Assembly (NCBI GenBank): GCA_000091205.1
Contig: AP006499.2
Direction: 5' to 3' (one strand)
Origin: Cyanidioschyzon merolae
Lineage: Eukaryota
DNA: 64,000 nt
This document shows positions 55,691-64,000 of this stretch, in pieces. Within the stretch, counting starts at the first letter, position 1. The number at the start of each line of letters is the position of its first letter. The notes under the pieces were generated by a model that saw nothing but the letters and a program-made list of their open reading frames with translations, searched no databases and was not told the DNA's origin. The translations under genes were made by a program, and so were the position numbers.

Positions 55691-56581
55691 CTACGCCTGT
55701 TGCTCTTCGACGACAGCAGCACTTGGCCGCCGGCGCTCGGAAAACTTGCGATGAACAACTCGTGCGCGCTCTTCGAAAGCGCGGACCATTTTCCTAGCCA
55801 CCTCATTGAAGAACAAGTCCACGGCAGCCTGATATACTGGAGAGCGGAACCGAAAGTCTACATAAAAATCAACCCAAGACTCGTTGGGATTCTTCCCGGG
55901 TCGAAAGCGCCATTCATTAACCAGATGTTCGAAAAGCTGGCTCGTCGTGGCGGTTGCTCGCACTGCTCGGTCCGGCTCGAGACGCACCAGCGAAATGTAC
56001 TTCTCGTGGAAAAGCTGGAAGCCTACCTTGAGCTCCGCTTCTAGCAAACGTTCCCCGTATCGCTGAATAACTCGGGAGCTGGTGCACCACGGCACGAACT
56101 CGTGGTACCGTTCAACGTCTGCAACGACGCTGTAGAGCTCGTGTGCGCTAAACGGAACGAGTTTGCTCTCGCTGAACGAGCGTGAAAGTGCTGTCTGAGT
56201 GCTCCGGTCTCGCGGTGCTTCCGAAACAGTAGCACTGCGTAGTTTCCCAAAGAAGTCACGTTTGCTGCCGAGCACAGAAAAAGGTAGCCCATCGGGCTCG
56301 AGTCTGGAAAAGATCGTGACGTAAGCCGTACGCAACGGTGTCGGTGTCCGGCCAGGAAACGCTGCGCTCCGCCTAGTGCTCAGGTTTCGAGAATCTATCC
56401 CCGAGCCTCGTTGCCAATGCGCACCAGTGCTTCCAATGAATCGGTGAATACGATGCATCCGCATTGTTTTGCTTAGAAGCATCTTGGCGGGCTGAAGAAC
56501 CCGCCCGCCAAAAACGCTCTCCAGACGCAGCAGTTGGAAGGCGCCATGACCCGTAAGCGCTTGCGCGTTCGCCTGCGGCAT
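55691..56581 (-). CDS. COQ10: Coenzyme Q-binding protein COQ10 (SRPBCC/START) with long N-terminal extension
   Basis: 'FSAHELYSVVADVERYHEFVPWCTSSRVI' matches the COQ10 core ('Y...LY.VV.DV..Y.EFVPWC'). ATG at 56581. About 150 aa of R/S-rich N-terminus may be presequence, or the true start may be an internal Met. Confidence 0.7.
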   Translation of the reverse strand: MPQANAQALTGHGAFQLLRLESVFGGRVLQPAKMLLSKTMRMHRIHRFIGSTGAHWQRGSGIDSRNLSTRRSAAFPGRTPTPLRTAYVTIFSRLEPDGLPFSVLGSKRDFFGKLRSATVSEAPRDRSTQTALSRSFSESKLVPFSAHELYSVVADVERYHEFVPWCTSSRVIQRYGERLLEAELKVGFQLFHEKYISLVRLEPDRAVRATATTSQLFEHLVNEWRFRPGKNPNESWVDFYVDFRFRSPVYQAAVDLFFNEVARKMVRAFEERARVVHRKFSERRRPSAAVVEEQQA

Positions 56582-59500
56582 ACTGCGGAGCCACAGTGCA
56601 CCAAGGAAAGTGTGGTTTTTGCAGGGGCTTTGCCAACGGGAGGCGAATTTTTCTACTGCCGGTCAAGGGTGCAGAAGAAGCACTCGGGAGATCCTGAAAG
56701 CATTCATCGAGGCTATAGCATAAAGAAAGTTGGACGAAGGAGGTGAAGTGTCTTTGTGCCCTCTGCAGCGTGACTTGTCGATGAGCAGCGGTCGACGCGT
56801 ACCGGCACGCTCGCTAGAGCGCTCTTGCAGAGCGACGTGAAAAACTTGCATTCATGAAGAAAACACCACGGGAACGTAGCGCTTAGGAATATATGCCTAA
56901 ATGCAGTTTTTGGTGCTCGTTCGTCCAGCTGTGACGGAACGCCGATGGAGTCGTAGAAAACGGGATTCGCCTGTCATAGACGTGTACCCAAGCTAGACTG
57001 AACTGGCAATGGGTCGTCTAACGCGCCTGTCAATACTGCAGTTTGGGTCTTTTTTCTACTGCCTTCAACACAATCCTCTGTGCGCTTTTTCTGTGGCTGA
57101 TCCGTGTTCCTCTATCCTATCTTGGGCTCTAAATACGCGGGTCTTTAGCTTTCCCCCAGCCCCAGTGGAAGCAGTCGTACGACGTTGAGGGAGCGTTCAA
57201 GCGCCGATTTCGGAGCTCCCAGCTCTTGTCCATGCATTTGATGCACAGGGCGAAGTTGCGGCCTATGATTCGCTTGCCATTTTCTACTTCACTGCATACA
57301 CCCTGACTGTGCACACCGCAGCAGTGACACTACTTTGGGCAGGTGTTCGCAAACTTGCACCAAATCCCTCGCCTCAAGCCCAACTCTGTGGTGCGTAAAC
57401 GCTCGCTTCACCTCTTTCTACATGCCCCTGACGAGTACGGAAGGCGCAACGCATTGCCTTCCTCCGTTTCCGCTCTCGGTGCCGGACCCTATTATCACGG
57501 GCTTCTTCTGGGCGATACCCGCGGCGAGTTCAGTGTCCACTGCATGTGCAAGCGCATGCTGTTCCATCCTACACGAGGATTTGTGGAACGGGATGTCGAT
57601 CTTGATGAATCGAGAACCGGTGACGAATTCCAGGCGGGGAAGCAGTCGAGAAATTTGGATCCGTCAATACGCATTTTTTTGCCAAGCGGTGACGCAATCT
57701 CTGCACCGGAAGCGATCGCTGCGATGACGTGAGTCCGAGTCCAGACCCTTTTCTGGACAAGCGGAAGGAACCGGAGCCTCCAACAGCATAGCTCTCGAGA
57801 AGTATCATGCTACTGTGGTATGTCGTTCGTCGCTAAACACAAAGATAGGAGGATTTGTTTTTTGTACGGATCCGATTACGAATTGAAGATAAATTTTATT
57901 TTCAGGACAATGTTACGAACAAGTCTTCAAAAGACGACGACGACGACGCCTTTTCTCTTCGTACATCGGGTGGTGCGAATTGCTGTGCCCACGAATCCCT
58001 ACGAAACATCAAGATCGAAGAAATGACGCAGACGTGATTTGATCATTCTACTCGTAAAGAACGGAGAGGAATGGATGCTTGGACGTGTGCATTGGATAAT
58101 GGTATCCGGCGTTTACGAATGCCTGGTCGAGGCCCGTACAAATCATCCTGAGTCCTGTGCCGAAACGAATTCCATCGGCTGGGCGTCGAAGAAGCCACTC
58201 CGAAAACACGACCGACATTCGTGTAACGACAGCCGGCTCCGTACGCCGTTATTCCCGCACATCGAATACTGGGGCTGCAAATCCAAAAAACAACTTTGGA
58301 AAACCTGGATAGACGGGAACAGTGTGAGCGGTTCAGTGCCCCAGTTCAATTATCACGCGGACGAGGACTGCTTCGTACCACCAATAGAAAACGCAGTATT
58401 GGGATGGAGCACTAGTATCCAGGTGTGCACCTATCATGATAGAAGCGTTTCCAGTCGGCACCATCGAGGATCCCTCACTTGCCTCACCTACCGATTATCC
58501 TGGAAAAAACGGCCTGCAAATGATGAATGTATCACGAGCACTGCATTCCAGGGTGGCATTTGTCTTGCAAACAAAACGAAATGTGCGCTTTATTTCCCCC
58601 ACATGTAACCCAGAAACACCTAAATGCCTCGACTGGATCGGTCGCGCTGGTGGCAGTGCACAAAGCGTCCAAGTGTGTCGTGCGGTCGCGAGTGCCACTG
58701 CGGAGTGACGGCCTCTGCATGTGCTGGAGTCACGATATGCATACAACCATGCCATGAAGTATGTGCCGATGTCAACGCACACTCTGTAAGGTCGAAATGC
58801 TCTTCGCACGAAGAAACAGGCGACAGCCTCTCCGGTGTCATATCCGGTAGAACGTGGCTGTCACGATGGATACCAGCGGCCGACTTTGATACACTCTTGC
58901 TGGGACTCTGGTGCGCGTGCTCACGGAACTCATGCGAGGGCAGCGGAATTTACAGCTGCATGTAAAGGATTGCGGGTTCTGATGCCGGGGGCTGTTGTCC
59001 CGATTCACTCTGTCAAACGCTTACCACGGAATGAACTGGTTCGATGTATGGTGCATTGAGTCTGCGCCATCCCTTGCATGTCCACGGGCATGGTTTGTCG
59101 TGAACGTATATCGCGTGAGCCCATAACCGTGGCGGGTATCGAGTCTCGCTCGTGTCTGAGTACAGCTGAAAAAATTCTTATCAGAAGGTTTGGAGAATGC
59201 CTGATAGGGAAATAAGACTCGCGTCTGCACATCAGGCGAATAAGCTGATTCGGTCTTCCTGTTGATACCGCAGTCAGCTAGCTGTCAAGGCACACAAAAA
59301 GATTCACGATATGCTCGTCTAGCGAAACGGTTTCACACGCATACCAGGCGAACTAGCTGGCTCGTTCTAGCTATCGAAGCTGCAGCGAACGAATCAGCGA
59401 TTCCCCGTAAGAAGGCTCATGGTATGCCAAGGTCGGTAAGAGGCCATACATTCGCCAACCAGGAGAGCCAGCTTGTTCGTTATTCCCGGCGACGCTGCAG

Positions 59501-60092
59501 CCGACTTGAAGCCCCTGGGCACCGTGTGCTTCGTGCTTGCACCAACGGCTCGAAGTTCATCGATCACGCTTTCTACACGCTCTAACGTCGACAGCGCTTC
59601 TCAAGAAACCGATAACTCGTTTTCCGTACATGCAGCTATCGGATAGACAGGAGAACAAGTGCACTGAGATTCGTGTTCCTTCCAATACACCCGGTCGCTT
59701 GCCATCGAACCATGGAGTGCCACTGCGTCCTCGCGAGACGCACCCGCATGGATTCATCCACTACCATCCAATGTCAAATCCAGCATTATTCCAAAAGCAC
59801 TGTTGACTGACTCAAGACCATCTTATCGTATGCGCTCTGAAACACGCGCCTCTGTCAAAAGCCATAGAACGCAGTATGCGCTTTCTTATAGTCTGTGACA
59901 GCTCGCCGGTGGACGATACCCGGGGCGGCAGTCGCGGGCCTTGAGCCGGCCTCGAAACCCCCCCACCGACACACGGCGTAAAGTCGTTGCGCTCGGGTTT
60001 GGTCGGTAGCCGCGAAAGTGTTCAGTAGCGTTCGGTAGCGCTACTTTGTAAAGCGGTGAACGGCACAGGTGTCCCGGTCAAGCTCGACGCTC

Positions 60093-62123
60093 ATGGACGC
60101 GGAGACTTCACGGCAAGCAGAAACGCTTCGGGCGCTCGAGCGAGCGCTCGTTCGGACCGAGCACGATAAGGTCCTGGCGCTGAGTAGCCAGCTTCTCGAA
60201 GGACCGGTTACGCAACCAAGCTCCTCTGATCGGTCCGAGGAAGCTGCGCTGCTGAGAGCTCGCCTCTTCCAGGTACGCGGCACAGCGCGGGCGAACCTCG
60301 GGCAGACGGAGGCTGCTGTCGCCGACCTGGAGCAGGTTCCGGAGGTTTTTCGCGACGAGTCACTGCGGTTCCTGCTGGCGTACCTTTACTACCAGATACG
60401 CAACCTAAGTGCCGCGAAACAGCACATACCCCAGGAAACTGCTGAGGGTGCCGAGTTTCCGAGCACATCGCGGCGAAGCTGGGACCTGCTACGTGCCCAA
60501 GTGGCGTACGTGGAAGGAAAACTCGACCAGGCCGCCAATACGTGGCTGCGGCTTTTATCGTCTAGCGTTGATCACGCAGAAACTGGAGCACTATGGACGA
60601 ACTGGTTTGCTGCCCAGAGTAGCAAGTCTGCGCCTGTTGACTTGAGCGGGGATGCATCCCAGGGTCTCGGAGTTCTTCGGGACGCCCAGTTATACGAGGG
60701 CCTCTTTAACGTCGCCTTGTGGTGCTCGCTTCGTGGAGATGCCGACACCGCAACAGACTTGCTTGAGGATGCCCGGCGTGTTGCTGTTTCTGAGCTAGGA
60801 ACCGAGCAGCACGTGGATGTCGCCCGTATCGACGTGCAGCGTGGATGCCTCCTGCAGCACCAGGGGCAAGAGCTCGCTGCACAGGCAGTGTATGCGCAAC
60901 TTGCCACGTGGCAGGCTCCGCGAGCGATCGTGCCTGTCGATGGAACAACAGACTGGGTACGCGCCTTCAACCTTAGCGTTATCGAAGGGTGCCTGGACGC
61001 GTTGCTCGATAGCGAGCCCAGCACATGGACGGTAACCGATGCGCAACGTCAAATTCTGTACTGGGATCGGGCACTCGTGGCCATTCAGCGGAAGCAGCCG
61101 CGTATAGCGCTGGATGCTGCTGAAGCTGCATTCATGCATCGTAATGATGCTGCGATGCTCAAAGCATGTGCATTGGATTCGCTCGGGCGACACGAGGATG
61201 CCGAGCAGCTACTACTCGCGCATCATCTGGTGATGCCCGCTGCGCAGCTGCGCTACCAACGAGGGGATCTCACCGGAGCGCTGGCCCTACTCGAGCAACT
61301 ACCGATACTGGATTCGCCGACAAACTCAGGCACTGTCCTAGGTCGGAATCAGCCTGCAAACGTGCTTTTTCGGGTTTCCGTGTACCGGCGACAAGGGCAG
61401 CTCCAGCGAGCGCTCGAGGCGCTGCAAGAAATCGACCATAGGAAGCTCAGTACCCGCCGACTTTATGTGGAGATTTTGCTCGAAAACAAACAGTACAACG
61501 ACGCTTTGGACTACCTGGCAAAAGATGCAATCTCTGATTGCGTGCTTGAGAGCTACCGCCTTATCGCCCTTAGCTATATCGATCCACTTGCCGCCGAGCA
61601 GGTCTTGCCGAAGCACATCGAAGAGCGTATCGCGAGAGAGGCATCCATTCGGAGCCATCAGGGTGGATGGCGCGCGCCCACGTCGGAATCCACGTTCGGA
61701 ACGCTGCGAAGCAACCAGCAGGGACCATATGACACCGAACCTGCAGCAGCACGAGCAGCATCCGCTCGACCCAGCGACGCTGGAAACGCCGAAACGGTTG
61801 CATCTAGGCGCCGGCGAGGGCATCGTAAGAGTCGAAACCCGCTACCACAATCTTTTCGAGCAGATGCCCCGCCGCCGGATCCATCGCGCTGGCTGCCCCG
61901 TCACCAGCGTCCGGGCTCTCGGCGGAAAGCACGGCGTCAAGCGGGAGCGCCGGGCTCAGCCACAACAGACAGGGCAACCCAGGGGAAGATAGAGACCGCA
62001 ACAGAACTCGACGCACAAATTCGAGCAGCGTCGGCCGCTGCCAAAGTGCTCCCCATGAAAGGCGCTGCCACCAAGTTGGCTGGAAAGAGGCGTGTGCGGC
62101 CATCGCGCGCCGGCCGCTCCTAG
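60093..62123 (+). CDS. SRP72: Signal recognition particle subunit SRP72 (TPR N-terminus, K/R-rich C-terminal RNA-binding tail)
   Basis: C-terminal 'PPPDPSRWLPRHQRPGSRRKARR' corresponds to the SRP72 RNA-binding 'PDPERWLP.RER' box. The N-terminal two-thirds is TPR-like. The first ATG is at 60093 (the listing starts at a GTG). Confidence 0.75.
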   Translation: MDAETSRQAETLRALERALVRTEHDKVLALSSQLLEGPVTQPSSSDRSEEAALLRARLFQVRGTARANLGQTEAAVADLEQVPEVFRDESLRFLLAYLYYQIRNLSAAKQHIPQETAEGAEFPSTSRRSWDLLRAQVAYVEGKLDQAANTWLRLLSSSVDHAETGALWTNWFAAQSSKSAPVDLSGDASQGLGVLRDAQLYEGLFNVALWCSLRGDADTATDLLEDARRVAVSELGTEQHVDVARIDVQRGCLLQHQGQELAAQAVYAQLATWQAPRAIVPVDGTTDWVRAFNLSVIEGCLDALLDSEPSTWTVTDAQRQILYWDRALVAIQRKQPRIALDAAEAAFMHRNDAAMLKACALDSLGRHEDAEQLLLAHHLVMPAAQLRYQRGDLTGALALLEQLPILDSPTNSGTVLGRNQPANVLFRVSVYRRQGQLQRALEALQEIDHRKLSTRRLYVEILLENKQYNDALDYLAKDAISDCVLESYRLIALSYIDPLAAEQVLPKHIEERIAREASIRSHQGGWRAPTSESTFGTLRSNQQGPYDTEPAAARAASARPSDAGNAETVASRRRRGHRKSRNPLPQSFRADAPPPDPSRWLPRHQRPGSRRKARRQAGAPGSATTDRATQGKIETATELDAQIRAASAAAKVLPMKGAATKLAGKRRVRPSRAGRS

Positions 62124-63378
62124 TTGAGGCCACGAGCACCTTGAAAGACAAGCTCACGACTAGACACTAGCGGCGACTTGCAACCCAAATGAATCGCTCC
62201 GCGAGATGCGTATGCGCGTCCGTGTAGATGCACGGATGCGTGCGCGCAAGGCGTACACGTGTACATAGACCTGCACGCGTCTAGATGCGAGTGTGCATTG
62301 GCGCGGGAGCAACGCCGTGCTTGTTCTGGTAACTTTCAACCGATACCTGTCGTCGCTAAATTTCCAGTTGCATACGCTGAAATCTTGATCTCATCGGGAA
62401 TACACGAAGCACCCCTGAACAAGCTGCTAGAAAAGTGGTAGGTTCCTGTTTCTCACAGAGGCCGGTTCGGATGCTGCCAATCTATCCCGGATTTTTATCT
62501 GGCGTTGCGTGCGGAACGCATGGAGTACCGCTCGCACTGTTGATCGTCATGACAGCCGACCAGCGATCTCAGCGGCCTCAGAACCACGTCCAGCAGCAAC
62601 AGGTGCAAAAAAAGCTGCAGCGTCGATCAGAATGCTGGTCAGGGATACAGCAACGCGAGGGCGCCTGCTGCTGCTGCTGCTGCACGCAACCGTGCTGCAT
62701 ACCTCATGCAGAGAGCGAAAACGACGACAGCGCAGCGGGTTCTTAACGTTTCTCGTGCGCGAGGCGTATAACAAAAGCCGCAACAGTCCGAGGCGCTTTT
62801 CAGTTACAGTGTGTGCTCGGCATGGGTGCTCCATATCGCTCCGAAGAAGCGAACATGGGCAAGTCCTCTATCCTGCACTGCACGCGACACGAACATGGAG
62901 ATGAGTTTCCCGCAACAATCACCATGCTTAGTGGAATACGTTACCCGAGATTGGGCTTTTCGCCTACTGGAGCTGATGCCGTCGACAACGCAACCCCAGT
63001 TTGACGACATCGCTCGAGACGGCACTCGTTGCGCGCTGTTCAATAGTTGCACTTCATGTCTTCCTCGTTTCCGCAGGCGAAACGCTAGGCGATACAGATG
63101 CACACTGGTCGAATGCCTTCCAGCGACAGTTTTTGCAAGTGATATCCTGTATTCCGCACATGCATTCCTAGCAGTTGCACCCGTTTCGAACATCTCATAG
63201 GAACGTTTTAGGCAGCTATCGCGATCACCCTCCGTGAATCATCACGGTTCCATGTGGAATTCGAATGGTTGATCCACCGCTGAAAGCATGCCGCCGCGGT
63301 GAATTCTGTGGCTGACGCTCTGAGCATCGTTCGACGACAGACGAAAATTCGCTGGCCGCATCACTGCAGCTCAGGTTA

Positions 63379-64000
63379 TCATTGACTTCGTTCACGTTTC
63401 GATTCACGACTCAAGGGCTCCGGCCGATTCTCCGGAGGGTTTCGCTTCGCTCCCGGCCGAGCAAGGCTATTGTACCCCCCTGGGGACAATTCAGATGCAC
63501 GAAGAGGTGCGGATGCTGGCGTCCTGGCTGCGGAATCTGGACGTCTAAGGTTGGTATAGGTTACGGCGCTGCGCATGGCCGCCGCCGTCGTCGCCGCCGG
63601 CGCCGAACCCCGCACGCCATAGGCAATATTGGCTACCGGTGCCGCTGGGACGCCTCCTTGTGCCATCCGGAGGGGACCATGGGACGGCACTGGACCCTGC
63701 CGCGCCTGCATAGCCAGTGCTGCTCCTGCGTTGGGCGCGATTCCTCCGACACCCTGGGCATGCCGCTCCAGTTGGCGTCGTTTGCGAGCCTGATACTCAT
63801 GTACAGAGTCATATCGAGGGAGCTCCTCCGGTCGGCACGGCAGTGGCTCCGTCGTGAACCACGGATGCTGGAGCGCCTCAGCGGCTGTGGGTCGCCTTTC
63901 TGGACAAATTGTCAAGAGTTTTTCGGCGAAATCCAGGGCGATGGAACTCAAGCCCTTGCTTCCGAAAACCGTCCGAAAGACGTTCGGGTAATGCTTGGCC
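63379..64000 (-). CDS. CDK-family (CDK9/CDK12-like) protein kinase, C-terminal fragment; the gene continues beyond the window end
   Basis: The reading frame is open to the window edge: '...AKHYPNVFRTVFGSKGLSSIALDFAEKLLTICPERRPTAAEALQHPWF' (kinase subdomain XI, CDK-like). An A/P/G-rich tail follows. The N-terminal kinase lobes lie past position 64000. Confidence 0.7.
   Translation of the reverse strand, partial: AKHYPNVFRTVFGSKGLSSIALDFAEKLLTICPERRPTAAEALQHPWFTTEPLPCRPEELPRYDSVHEYQARKRRQLERHAQGVGGIAPNAGAALAMQARQGPVPSHGPLRMAQGGVPAAPVANIAYGVRGSAPAATTAAAMRSAVTYTNLRRPDSAARTPASAPLRASELSPGGYNSLARPGAKRNPPENRPEPLSRESKRERSQ

Overview
This is eukaryotic nuclear DNA, GC-rich (about 55-60%), compact and apparently intron-free. 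About 21 protein-coding genes lie on both strands, roughly one per 3 kb. Several are organelle-targeted (TPI with an N-terminal extension, citrate synthase, Atm1-type ABC half-transporter, uS9m, COQ10), many proteins carry low-complexity extensions, and the intergenic space holds minisatellites. Gene density, lack of introns and this style resemble a cyanidiophyte red alga (Cyanidioschyzon-like), but that is inference only.

Recognisable genes: SmF, TPI, Tousled-like kinase, a sugar-nucleotidyltransferase-like protein, uS9m, Atm1-like ABC, Brix (Ssf1/Ppan), an SRPBCC protein, Nse4, an RPA2/Stn1-like OB-fold protein, Ctf18, CHMP6/Vps20, Nop56, a redoxin-like protein, Rad50, a Rab GTPase, p23 co-chaperone, citrate synthase, COQ10, SRP72, and a C-terminal CDK-like kinase fragment that runs off the window end.

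Three non-housekeeping signals stand out:
- Four decayed relics of TnpB/Fanzor-like transposon genes (loci A-D) sit in AT-richer gene-free islands. They carry the RuvC-III 'D-x-NAAINI-R' signature after degenerate zinc-finger remnants. Three of them share a conserved 3' tail that continues past the coding region and ends in a small hairpin, reminiscent of a TnpB/Fanzor guide-RNA scaffold at a right end.
- A 650-bp direct repeat pair (~98.5% identical, 1.9 kb apart) lies about 110 bp upstream of the Rab and p23 genes. Each copy has pol-III-like internal A/B-box-like motifs and a T4 run about 320 nt downstream, so it may encode a structured ncRNA.
- Five unrelated intergenic minisatellite arrays have periods of 15, 74, 93, 96 and 120 bp.
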